Below, one piece after another: positions 42,212 to 50,902 of a stretch of DNA of 64,000 nucleotides; the first letter of the stretch is position 1, and each line of letters begins with the position of its first letter. The translations under genes and the position numbers were made by a program. This stretch comes from an uncultured Candidatus Rokubacteria bacterium (GTDB lineage Bacteria > Methylomirabilota > Methylomirabilia > Rokubacteriales > CSP1-6). The stretch lies in contig CAVWFS010000018.1 in the NCBI GenBank assembly GCA_963754315.1, forward strand, positions 288,001 through 352,000, written 5' to 3'. The notes below the pieces were generated by a model. That model saw only the letters and a program-made list of their open reading frames with translations. It did not search any database and was not told the origin of the DNA.

Positions 42212-42341
42212 CCCCGAGCGCGGGGGGTTTGGGGGCCCCTTCGAGGGCCCCCATGATAATAGGACCGAGGGGGCGGCGCGGGTTTCCCGGGCCGTCCCCG
42301 AGCGCGGGGGGTTTGGGGGCCCCTTCGAGGGCCCCCATGAT
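42212..42341. repeat. two identical 46-bp REP-like palindromic repeats
   Basis: CCCCGAGCGCGGGGGGTTTGGGGGCCCCTTCGAGGGCCCCCATGAT at 42212-42257 and 42296-42341; each contains GGGGGCCC-CTTCGA-GGGCCCCC. Confidence 0.9.
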
Positions 42342-42356
42342 CAACAGGAGGCAAGC

Positions 42357-43115
42357 GTGTTCGATCTCAAGGGCAGAGTAGCAGTGGTGACGGGCGGCAA
42401 CGGGGGGATCGGGCTCGGCATGGCGCGGGGCCTCGTCAGCGCGGGCGCCCAGGTGGCGGTCGTGGGACGAAACGAAGAGAAGTCCAAGGCGGCGGTCAAG
42501 GATCTCGAGCAGCGTGGCGGCCAGGCCTTCGCGCTCACCGTCGACGTGACGGACGAGGCGGCTGTCGGAAGAATGGTCGACGCGATCGTGCAGCGTTGCG
42601 GCCGGCTCGACATCCTGATCAACAATGCCGGCACCAACATCCGGAAGCCGCCCCACGAGCTGACCCTGGCGGAGTGGCACCTCGTCCTCGATACCAATCT
42701 CACGAGCGCCTTTCTGTGCTCCCGGGCGGCCTATCCCGTGATGAAGCGCGAAGGCGGCGGCAAGATCATCAACATCGGCTCGATGATGTCGATCTTCGGC
42801 GCTTCCTTCGCTCCGGTGTACGCCGCCAGCAAGGGCGGTATTGTGCAGCTGACGAAGGCGTCCGCCGTGGCGTGGGCCCGTGACAACATCCAGGTCAATG
42901 CTGTGCTGCCCGGTTGGATCGATACGGAGCTGACGCAGCGGGCACGGTTGGAGGTGGCTGGCCTGCACGAGAGCGTGCTGCGTCGGACACCGGTAGGCCG
43001 CTGGGGTACCTGGGACGACTGCGCCGGCATCGCCGTGTTTCTGGCGGCCCCCGCCTCGGACTTCGTGACCGGTACCGCGATTCCACTCGACGGCGGGTAC
43101 TCGATCCAGGCCTGA
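42357..43115 (+). CDS. SDR, KduD/gluconate-5-dehydrogenase-like
   Basis: FDLKGRVAVVTGGNGGIG, NNAG, YAASKGG, TPVGRWG, DGGY; AGGAGG RBS. Confidence 0.9.
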   Translation: MFDLKGRVAVVTGGNGGIGLGMARGLVSAGAQVAVVGRNEEKSKAAVKDLEQRGGQAFALTVDVTDEAAVGRMVDAIVQRCGRLDILINNAGTNIRKPPHELTLAEWHLVLDTNLTSAFLCSRAAYPVMKREGGGKIINIGSMMSIFGASFAPVYAASKGGIVQLTKASAVAWARDNIQVNAVLPGWIDTELTQRARLEVAGLHESVLRRTPVGRWGTWDDCAGIAVFLAAPASDFVTGTAIPLDGGYSIQA

Positions 43116-43177
43116 GCGCAGATTTCCCTGCCCAATTTTCTTGGGTTCCGCTCGGCGTGCTTGCTAGGCTGCCAGCC

Positions 43178-43747
43178 ATGAAAACACATCAGTGCGCCAT
43201 CGGAGTGTTCGCTCTGCTTCTCGCGACCGGATGTGCCTCCACGGCGTCGAAGCCGGCGTACACGGCCTTCGAGGGGCTTCCGATCCCCAAAGGGCTCGAG
43301 TACCAGGCCGCCGATTCGACGATCATCGAGACCCACGACATCAAGGCGGGTCGCGTCATCTACCGTGGGCGGATCGAGCCGGCGAGCCTCGCTCAATCCA
43401 TGCGGTCGACGTTCGAGGCGGATGGGTGGAGGCTGATTGGCAGCACATTGAGCGCCCAGTCCGGCTCGACCCAGCTCTACGAGAAGTCCGGTATGTCCCT
43501 GCAGGTGCGGATCTGGGAGGGGGGAGCCTTCTCCTGGTACACCTACGTCGAGCTGGCGGCCATCGAGATGACCGCGAGCCGACCGACATCGAGGTACGTC
43601 CCCGTGCCTGCCCCTGAGGCGATTCCCAGGATCGTGCCGGCCCCCGCGGTGACACCCGTGCCCAGCGTGGCGCCCGCTCCCAGTCCGCCGCCCATGCCTA
43701 GCGCGTCAGCGGAGCCGGTGACGCCCCCTATCACGGTCACGCGCTAG
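43178..43747 (+). CDS. hypothetical lipoprotein with Pro-rich tail
   Basis: Lipobox LATGC after a hydrophobic leader; start ATG 43178. Confidence 0.75.
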   Translation: MKTHQCAIGVFALLLATGCASTASKPAYTAFEGLPIPKGLEYQAADSTIIETHDIKAGRVIYRGRIEPASLAQSMRSTFEADGWRLIGSTLSAQSGSTQLYEKSGMSLQVRIWEGGAFSWYTYVELAAIEMTASRPTSRYVPVPAPEAIPRIVPAPAVTPVPSVAPAPSPPPMPSASAEPVTPPITVTR

Positions 43748-44520
43748 GGCAGACCCGGGCCGGCTGCGTCAGGGCGCCGCGACTCTAGACTGTTGGCGGC
43801 GGCCCGGTCGAGCAACCAGTCCACGGTTCCCTCGACCGGGCTTATCATCCGCGCTGGCACCCGCGTGCCGTCCTGGAGAACAGCCCGGATCGCTCTGGCC
43901 TTCTCCGAGCCCGATGCCAGGAACATGACCCGTCGGGCCGCGTTGAGGACCGGCAGGGTCATGGTGAGACGAGCGGGAATCGTGGCTGCAGCGGCATGGA
44001 CGGAGACCACCCACCGGATCGTTTCCTTGAGGGCAGCGGAATAGGGAAACAGCGACGCAGTGTGACCATCCACGCCGACCCCGAGCAGAACCATATCGAA
44101 GCGCGGCACCTCGCCGCGCTTGGTGCCGAATACCCGCCGCATGGCCTCGGCGTACTGCGTAGCGGCGGCTTCCTGATCCTCAGCCTCTCCCCGCATGCGA
44201 AAGACCTGGGCGAGGGGCAGGGGTACGAGTGAGAGCAAGGTCTGATGGGCCATCCGGTAGTTCGACTCGGCATCCTCCGGGGGAACCGCACGCTCGTCTC
44301 CGAAGAAGACCCAGGTACAGGCCCAGGGCATGACATCGCGTAACGGCGGCCTGGCAAGCTGACCATAGGTGTCCCGAGGGGTTGCGCCGCCGGCGAGGGC
44401 AACCAGAAAGCGACCGCGGGCGGCCACCGCCTCGACGGCGGTTTGGACGATCAGCCTGGCCGCCGCCTGGGCCAAGGTCGACGCATCATCGAGCACGGTG
44501 ACGTTTGGTAATCCCGCCAC
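43744..44520 (-). CDS. pgl: 6-phosphogluconolactonase
   Basis: ALAGGATP, FFGDERAVPP...SNY, LLGVGVDGHTASLFP, RLTMT. Confidence 0.92.
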   Translation of the reverse strand: MAGLPNVTVLDDASTLAQAAARLIVQTAVEAVAARGRFLVALAGGATPRDTYGQLARPPLRDVMPWACTWVFFGDERAVPPEDAESNYRMAHQTLLSLVPLPLAQVFRMRGEAEDQEAAATQYAEAMRRVFGTKRGEVPRFDMVLLGVGVDGHTASLFPYSAALKETIRWVVSVHAAAATIPARLTMTLPVLNAARRVMFLASGSEKARAIRAVLQDGTRVPARMISPVEGTVDWLLDRAAANSLESRRPDAAGPGLP

Positions 44521-44527
44521 GCTCAGA

Positions 44528-45964
44528 TCATACCCTCTCGTCGAGCTCGCGCTGTCGCGTACGAGCTTCGCGATAGCGCGCGTGCCGCGCGAGGTCGGGC
44601 ACGACCGTCGCACCCGACAGGGGCGTTGTCGATGAGGCGGGGCGACCGAGCGACTCCAGCGCTAGCAACGCGCCTCCTCGGCTTGTCGCCTCCTCTTCGT
44701 CAGAGACTATCAGGGGCCGTCCCAGCGCATCCGCGATGATCTGCGTCCAGGCGCGCGACCGGACAAGCGCCCGACCTGAGCCGACGATCGTGTGGTCGGC
44801 AGACGCCAGAGGAGTCAGGAGGTCGTACACGATGGCCAGCCGTAGGGCGACGGCTTCGAGGCCCGCGCGAACGATCTCGATCGCGCTCGTGGCCAAGGAG
44901 AGCCCGGCCACGGTTGCCCGTCGCTCGCTTCGCCATCCCGGTGAACGCTCACCGGCGAGGAAGGGGAGCATGGTGAGGCCATGAGCGTCAGGCTTTTGAC
45001 GCATCAGGGCTGCCTCGAGCTGGTCATCGTCGGGAAGTTGCAGAATGCTCCGCAGCCAGGCGTAGACGTTGCCCCCTTCCGACGTTGCGCCGCCCAGGAG
45101 GAGGCGCTGCCGGTCGAGACGGTATTGCCAGAGCCCGCGCGGCGGCGGCAGCGGCGCATCGGTGACCACACGCAGGGCCGCTGACGTGCCGACATTCAAG
45201 GCCACACGCTTGTTGTCGATGCAGTTGGACCCGATGTTGCTTCCCGCGCCATCGCCCACAGCGGGAAACCAGCTGGCGGCGGCGAGCGGTGGCCAGCGAT
45301 GCCTCCAGACAGAGCGCAGGCCGTGTCGGGCCTGGTCACGGTCGCACAGAGGGAAGAGCCTTTCCTCATCGGTCCCGGCGGCCGCAAGGATCGCGGGGTC
45401 CCAGGCCAGCCGACTCTGATCGAAGAGCCCAGTTCCGGACGCCATGGACAAGCTGGTGGCCGCCTCTCCAAAGAAGGTCAGCTCCAGATACTCGCCGATC
45501 GAGCCCCACCGGATGACTCGACGAAAATCGGCGGAGCGTGCCTCACGAAGCCAGCGGAGCTTTGCAGGCCAGTAGCAGGGATGAAGGTGGCACCCAGTGC
45601 GAGTGTGGACGGCCTCGTCCCCAAGGGCTTCCTGAAGCTCGCGAGCCGCCTCGACTGCACGCGTATCGGCCCAGGTAAACACGGGCGTGACCGGCTGACC
45701 GGCAACGTCAAAACCGAGGAGGCCGTGCCAGAAGGTCGTGACGGCGACCCCAAGGATCGGTGAACGAGGCGAAGAGCCGAGGATGTTGTCAAGACATGTC
45801 ACCACGGCCGCGAGGAGATGACGAGCGTCATGCTCCGAGCCACCATCGGCGGTGGTGGTCGCCTGGTAAGCCTCATGATGAAAGGCCCTTGCCACCGGAC
45901 GCCCATCGGTGTCGTAGAGAGAGGCGCGGGCCGAGGACGTACCAACGTCGAGGCTCACGATCAT
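44528..45964 (-). CDS. gntK: FGGY-family carbohydrate kinase, gluconokinase-like
   Basis: LDVGTSSARA, WADTRA, RTGC.LHP.Y, VGDGAGSNIG, NVGTSAA, PFLAGERSPGW; adjacent to pgl. Confidence 0.82.
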   Translation of the reverse strand: MIVSLDVGTSSARASLYDTDGRPVARAFHHEAYQATTTADGGSEHDARHLLAAVVTCLDNILGSSPRSPILGVAVTTFWHGLLGFDVAGQPVTPVFTWADTRAVEAARELQEALGDEAVHTRTGCHLHPCYWPAKLRWLREARSADFRRVIRWGSIGEYLELTFFGEAATSLSMASGTGLFDQSRLAWDPAILAAAGTDEERLFPLCDRDQARHGLRSVWRHRWPPLAAASWFPAVGDGAGSNIGSNCIDNKRVALNVGTSAALRVVTDAPLPPPRGLWQYRLDRQRLLLGGATSEGGNVYAWLRSILQLPDDDQLEAALMRQKPDAHGLTMLPFLAGERSPGWRSERRATVAGLSLATSAIEIVRAGLEAVALRLAIVYDLLTPLASADHTIVGSGRALVRSRAWTQIIADALGRPLIVSDEEEATSRGGALLALESLGRPASSTTPLSGATVVPDLARHARYREARTRQRELDERV

Positions 45965-46093
45965 CGGATCATCCTCCGGGAAGTCTGGCGCCAAGGCAAC
46001 TCGCCCCCCGCCATCGACCGTGCGGTAAGATGGCGGCACTGTCGCAGGGCATGCGGGCTTCGCTTCGGCGGCCCCATCTGAAAGGACACGGAT

Positions 46094-46627
46094 ATGACGC
46101 GCATTCGAGTGATGAGCCCGATGGGCGAGGTCAAGGAGGAGCGTTTCTCCGTCCCATCCTTGCCGGGTGACTGGCAGGGTCGAGTCGTCGGCTTCATCGA
46201 CAACACCAAGCACAACTTCGACAGGCTCGCCGACGGGCTGGGCACCCTGCTGCGCGAAGGCCACGGTGTCCGTACGGTTGTCCGTCGAAGGAAGGCCAAT
46301 GCCTCCACACCGGCGCCGCCGGAGCTGATTGCCGAGCTGGCCAAGGAGTGCGACGTCGTCTTTACCGGCTCGGCTGACTGAGGGTCCTGCACGTCGTGGA
46401 GTCTCCACGACGCTATCGAGGTCGCCAAGCTTGGAACGCCGGCGGTCCTCATCGGAACGACAGCCTTCCAAGGCCTCGCGGTGACCGAGATGAGCTCGCT
46501 GGGAGTAACGGGGCTACCCCTGCTCGTCATTCAGCATCCGCTCGGGGGTGAGCGTCCGGAGTCCGTCGCGCGCCGGGCGCAGCAGGCGCTCGAGCAACTC
46601 ATGAGCCTCGGTGGATCTGGTCGATGA
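46094..46627 (+). CDS. UGSC-motif selenoprotein, Sec encoded by TGA 46379-46381
   Basis: Reading through the TGA gives CDVVFTGSAD-U-GSCTSWSLHDAIEVAKLGTPAV...QHPLGG; 177 aa, ending in an ATGA overlap with the next gene; AAGGA RBS. Confidence 0.9.
46392..46412 (+). promoter_or_regulatory. candidate bacterial SECIS hairpin
   Basis: Perfect 9-bp stem CGTCGTGGA-GTC-TCCACGACG starting at +11 after the TGA. Confidence 0.75.
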
Positions 46628-47655
46628 CGTCCGAATCGATCATCGACGTCGACGACGACCCCCAGGCCATCCTCGCCGAGTTCAGCGAACGTCGCTGGTG
46701 TGATGGCCTGCCCATCGTGCCGCCCACCGAAGAGCGCGTCCGGATCATGTTGGCCGGCGCCAACCCCGAGCGGTCGCTGGGTGCCATGCCTCCCCTGTGG
46801 CGCCAGGCCACGCTCGGAAAGCTGGCCGTCAACGCGGTCATGGCGGGCTGTGAGTCGAGCTACTTTCCCATCATCGTAGCCGCGGTCGACGCCATGCTCG
46901 ACCCCGCATTCAATCTCTACGGGGTTCAGGCGACCACTCACCCTGTGGCACCGCTGGTCGTGGTGCATGGCGACTACGGGCGCTCCATCGGCATCCACGC
47001 GGGGAGCGGATGCTTTGGGCCCGGCTTTCGCGCCAACGCGACCATCGGGCGCGCGATTCGCCTGATCCTGCTGAACATCGGCGGCGCGTGGCCGGGACGC
47101 TACGACATGGCCACCCAGGGGAGTCCCGCGAAGTTCTCCTACTGTATCGGTGAAAACGCGGACGCTTCGCCCTGGGGTCCGCTCCAGGCCGGGAATATTG
47201 TCACCGTGTTCGGCGGTGAGCCCCCGCACAATGTCAACGACCACGTGTCAACCAGCGCCAGCGGAATCCTTACCACGGTGGCCGACACCGCGGTCTCCCT
47301 TGGTTCGAACGTCGGATGGTTCATGTCGCAGAGTCAGCTCATGCTCGTCCTCGGTCCCGAGCACGCAGCCACCATCGCTGGCGACGGCCTGTCCCGGAGC
47401 GACGTGCAGCAGTTTCTTTTCGAGCACGCGCGCCTGCCGCTGCGGCTCCTGAAGCTCTGCGGCATGTGGGGCATGCACGACTGGCCCGCCTGGATGATGG
47501 CGACCCTCGACGAGGACGCCCTCATGCCGCAGGTGCTGAGTGCGGACGAGATCCTGGTCATGGTCGCCGGGGGTCCGGGGAAGCACTCGGCAGTCGTTCC
47601 CAACTGCACATTCAGTCGCGCCGTGACTCGTCCAATTCGAGGGGAGCGTGTATGA
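46624..47655 (+). CDS. conserved hypothetical protein, UGSC-selenoprotein partner
   Basis: 343 aa; WCDGLPIVPPT, AVNAVMAGC, RANATIGRAIRL, TQGSPAK, AGGPGKHS; coupled to both neighbours by ATGA. Confidence 0.85.
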   Translation: MTSESIIDVDDDPQAILAEFSERRWCDGLPIVPPTEERVRIMLAGANPERSLGAMPPLWRQATLGKLAVNAVMAGCESSYFPIIVAAVDAMLDPAFNLYGVQATTHPVAPLVVVHGDYGRSIGIHAGSGCFGPGFRANATIGRAIRLILLNIGGAWPGRYDMATQGSPAKFSYCIGENADASPWGPLQAGNIVTVFGGEPPHNVNDHVSTSASGILTTVADTAVSLGSNVGWFMSQSQLMLVLGPEHAATIAGDGLSRSDVQQFLFEHARLPLRLLKLCGMWGMHDWPAWMMATLDEDALMPQVLSADEILVMVAGGPGKHSAVVPNCTFSRAVTRPIRGERV

Positions 47656-48554
47656 GGATCGCATTCGTCGGGACTGGCACCATGGGCGGGCCGATGCTCG
47701 GCAACCTCGTGAAGAAGGGCCATCGGGTCGTGGCCTACGACGTCGCCCCCACCGCCCTGGCGACCGCCGTGAAGCTCGGGGCGACGGGTACGGGCTCGGC
47801 CGCGGAGGCGACCACTCAAGCCGACGTTGTCATCACCATGCTGCCGTCGTCGTCCCACGTCGTCTCTGCCTTTCTGGGCGATGGTGGGGTGCTGGCCGGC
47901 GTGCGCTCCGGCCAGCTTTGTGTCGACATGTCGACCATCGATCCCAGCACGTCACGAATGATAGCGGGCAAGGTCCGCGAGCGCGGCGCGCGGTTCATCG
48001 ATGCCCCCGTCTCCGGCGGTGTCCCCCGCGCGGAGGAAGGGACCTTGGCCATCATGGTCGGCGGCGAAGCAGAGGACGTCGAAGCGGCACGGCCCGTCCT
48101 CGCCTGCATGGGTGCCAACATCTTTCACGTGGGCCCGGTGGGAAGCGGCGAGGTGGCCAAGCTCTGCAACAACCTGATCGCCGGCGTGGCCGCGGTGGCG
48201 GTGAGCGAGGCGTTCCGCATTGCCGAGGGTTTCGGGGTCGACGCTGGCATCCTCACCGACGTCATCGCCAAGTCGTCCGGCAACACATGGGTGATGGAGG
48301 CCATGCATCCCGTGCCCGGCCTCGTGGCCAAGGCGGCCTCCACGCGAGACTATGCCCCGGGCTTCATGACGGACCTCATGGCCAAGGACCTGGGCCTCGC
48401 CGTCAACGCCGCCCGTGAGTTGCGGGTTCCCGTGATGGTGGCGCCAGCTGCCCAGCAGGCCCTGCGCCTGGCCTCGTCGCACGGCTGGGGCCGCAAGGAT
48501 TTCACCTCGATCTATCAGTTCCTCAGGCCCTCCAGCGACCAGGCGCCCGTCTGA
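47652..48554 (+). CDS. mmsB: 3-hydroxyisobutyrate dehydrogenase
   Basis: FVGTGTMGGPM, ITMLP, DAPVSGG, AKLCNN, HPVPG..A.RDY.PGF..LMAKDLGLA, KDFTS. Confidence 0.85.
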   Translation: MRIAFVGTGTMGGPMLGNLVKKGHRVVAYDVAPTALATAVKLGATGTGSAAEATTQADVVITMLPSSSHVVSAFLGDGGVLAGVRSGQLCVDMSTIDPSTSRMIAGKVRERGARFIDAPVSGGVPRAEEGTLAIMVGGEAEDVEAARPVLACMGANIFHVGPVGSGEVAKLCNNLIAGVAAVAVSEAFRIAEGFGVDAGILTDVIAKSSGNTWVMEAMHPVPGLVAKAASTRDYAPGFMTDLMAKDLGLAVNAARELRVPVMVAPAAQQALRLASSHGWGRKDFTSIYQFLRPSSDQAPV

Positions 48555-48556
48555 CG

Positions 48557-49996
48557 GTGCGCACGCTCATCGCGGCCCGCCATATCGTCGGCTACCAGGG
48601 CGGGGGCCACCGTCTCCTCAACAACGGTGAGGTCGTGGTGGAGGATGACCGCATCGTCTACGTGGGGCCGCGCTACGAGGGAACGGTCGACCTGCGAATC
48701 GACGCGCGCGACAAGCTCCTGATTCCAGGGTTCATCACCGTCCACAGCCATGTGACCAACAGCCCCCTCACCAAGAGTTTTCTCGAAGATTGCGGCAACC
48801 CCTTTCATTACATGTCCGGGCTCTACGAATACCTGGCGGTGACCGAAACCACTCCCGCCGATGGCGTCATCGCCGCCACATTTTCCCTGGTGGAGATGCT
48901 GAAGTCCGGGATAACCACCGTCGTGCAGTTCGGGAGCCTCATCGCCGAGCGCATCGTGCACATCGCGGGAGAGCTGGGCGTGCGCGCCTACGTGGTGCCC
49001 GCGTTCAAATCAGGGCAGTGGTATACCCCCGACGGTCGGCGGGTGGAGTATGAGTGGGCCGCCGATCAAGGTCTGCCCGATCTCGAGCGGGCAGTGGAAT
49101 TCGTGAAAACCCACACGGGGGCGCACGACGGGCGCGTTCGCAGCTTTCTCGGACCTGCGCAGATCGACACGTGCACGCCGGAGTTGCTCCGGCGCACCGC
49201 AGAAAGGGCCGCGACCCTGGATGTCCCCGTGACCATCCATGCCTCGCAGGCAACCATTGAGTTCCAGGAGATTACCCGGCGCTACGGTCGAACGCCCCTC
49301 GAGCAGCTCCACGAGGTCGGACTCCTTGATCGGCGGCTCATCATCGCCCACTGCATCTTCATCAGCGGCCACCCCCTCGTGGCCTTCCCGGGCGGGCGGG
49401 ATCTTGAGCTGCTGGCGGCGTCCGGGGCCCACGTGGCCCACTGCCCGTGGGTCTTCGGTCGGCGCGGGATCCTCATGCAGTCCTATGCGCGCTACCGCCG
49501 AGCCGGCATCAACGTCGCGCTCGGCACCGACACCTTTCCCCAGGATATGGTCCATGAGATGCGCCAGGCGGCCATCTTCGGCAAGGTCGCGGAGACGGAT
49601 CCCCGGGTGGCGACGGCCGCCGACGTCTTCACATCGGCGACCCTGGGCGGGGCGCGCGCCCTCGGACGTGATGATCTGGGGCGCATCGCGGTGGGTGCCA
49701 AGGCTGATCTGGTCCTCATCGATCTCGAGACCCTGTCGATGGCGCCCCTCCGTGATCCCATCAAGAACCTCGTCTTCAGTGCCAGCCGCAACGACGTCGA
49801 CACGGTCATGGTGGATGGTCGTGTGCTTGTACGGGGCGGCGCCGTGAAGGGTGTGGACGAGCGTCGTCTCGCGCGCGACCTCCAAGGAGCGGCGGAGAGG
49901 ATGTGGGCTCGCGTCGGCGCCACCGACTGGGCGCATCGCTCCGTCGACGAGATATCCGCCCCGTCCTTTCCGCCCTGGCAGCAGAGTGCGGGCTGA
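48557..49996 (+). CDS. amidohydrolase superfamily (chlorohydrolase/deaminase-like)
   Basis: IPGFITVHSH, IHASQ, IAHC, AHCP, ALGTD, GAKADLV, VMVDG. Confidence 0.9.
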   Translation: MRTLIAARHIVGYQGGGHRLLNNGEVVVEDDRIVYVGPRYEGTVDLRIDARDKLLIPGFITVHSHVTNSPLTKSFLEDCGNPFHYMSGLYEYLAVTETTPADGVIAATFSLVEMLKSGITTVVQFGSLIAERIVHIAGELGVRAYVVPAFKSGQWYTPDGRRVEYEWAADQGLPDLERAVEFVKTHTGAHDGRVRSFLGPAQIDTCTPELLRRTAERAATLDVPVTIHASQATIEFQEITRRYGRTPLEQLHEVGLLDRRLIIAHCIFISGHPLVAFPGGRDLELLAASGAHVAHCPWVFGRRGILMQSYARYRRAGINVALGTDTFPQDMVHEMRQAAIFGKVAETDPRVATAADVFTSATLGGARALGRDDLGRIAVGAKADLVLIDLETLSMAPLRDPIKNLVFSASRNDVDTVMVDGRVLVRGGAVKGVDERRLARDLQGAAERMWARVGATDWAHRSVDEISAPSFPPWQQSAG

Positions 49997-50045
49997 TTGG
50001 TCGTCGTCTTGCGCACGCTGGCTCGCCGGGGGGCCCACGTCAGCG

Positions 50046-50054
50046 TGCTATACT
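50046..50054 (+). promoter_or_regulatory. extended -10 element
   Basis: TG-C-TATACT about 50 nt upstream of the GYD gene RBS (AAGGAGG). Confidence 0.45.
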
Positions 50055-50103
50055 ACGGCCGCGCGCGAGGCCGTTCGCGCACATCAGGCAAGGAGGCCCC
50101 GCC

Positions 50104-50427
50104 GTGAGTCTGTACGTGATGCTCAGCACGCTTTCGGAATCGGGGCGCAAGGTGCTCCGTGAGCGTCCAGGCTGGATCCGCAAGGTCAACGCTGACGTCG
50201 AGCGGATGGGAGCGCGGGTCGTCGCGCAGTACGCGGTGCTCGGCCCCTACGACTTCATCACCGTGATCGAGGCTCCCGACAATGCGGCCGTCTCGCGTAT
50301 CTCGGTAGAGCTCGGCGCGCGCGGATCGGTGCAGATGATGACCATGGCCGCCATTCCCCTCGACGAGTTCATCGGCCGCCTGGAGGGGACCGGAAGCCGC
50401 CCACTCGCATCACGAAGAAAGCGATGA
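50104..50427 (+). CDS. GYD-domain protein
   Basis: YAVLGPYDFITVIEAPD, ARGSV; GTG after AAGGAGG. Confidence 0.88.
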   Translation: MSLYVMLSTLSESGRKVLRERPGWIRKVNADVERMGARVVAQYAVLGPYDFITVIEAPDNAAVSRISVELGARGSVQMMTMAAIPLDEFIGRLEGTGSRPLASRRKR

Positions 50428-50428
50428 G

Positions 50429-50902
50429 ATGAAGGTTCTCAAGATCGTCCCCGAGCGATGCACGGGCTGCCTGCGCTGCGAGCTGGCCTGCTCCTATATG
50501 CAGACGGGTGAGTACCGTCCGGCCAAGTCCGTCATCCGCGTATCACCCTTCGAAGGGCACACGTCTTACGCACCCTACACCTGCACCCAGTGCGACGAAG
50601 GTTGGTGCATGACGGCCTGCCCGGTGGGCGCGATCACCATCAGCGCGGTGGGAGCCAAGGACGTGGTCGACGATACCTGCGTCGGCTGTAAGCTGTGCAC
50701 GATCGCCTGTCCGTACGGGACCATGTTCTACAATCCCGACACCCGCAAGGCCTTCAAGTGCAACCTGTGCGGAGGCGCTCCCGCGTGTGCGGAGGCCTGC
50801 CCCACCGCCGCCATCCTTTACGAGGAGACGGTCACCGAGGACTGGCTGGGCCGCTTTGCCGACGAGCGATTCGGCCACGCCCTCGCCCTGGAGGGTCGCT
50901 GA
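50429..50902 (+). CDS. 4Fe-4S dicluster polyferredoxin (AOR electron-transfer subunit-like)
   Basis: CTGCLRCELAC, CTQC..CMTACP, CVGCKLCTIACP, KCNLC..CAEACP. Confidence 0.93.
   Translation: MKVLKIVPERCTGCLRCELACSYMQTGEYRPAKSVIRVSPFEGHTSYAPYTCTQCDEGWCMTACPVGAITISAVGAKDVVDDTCVGCKLCTIACPYGTMFYNPDTRKAFKCNLCGGAPACAEACPTAAILYEETVTEDWLGRFADERFGHALALEGR

Noticed and set aside
42212..42341. Possible mini-CRISPR
   Set aside because: Only two 46-bp units, extreme GC, and no leader or cas genes; fits a REP-like element better.
41877..42968. N-terminal extension of the 799-aa track ORF (apparent M24 fusion)
   Set aside because: It is antisense to the SDR and runs through the REP repeats (repeated MGALEGAPKPPALG); the real start is ATG 41876.
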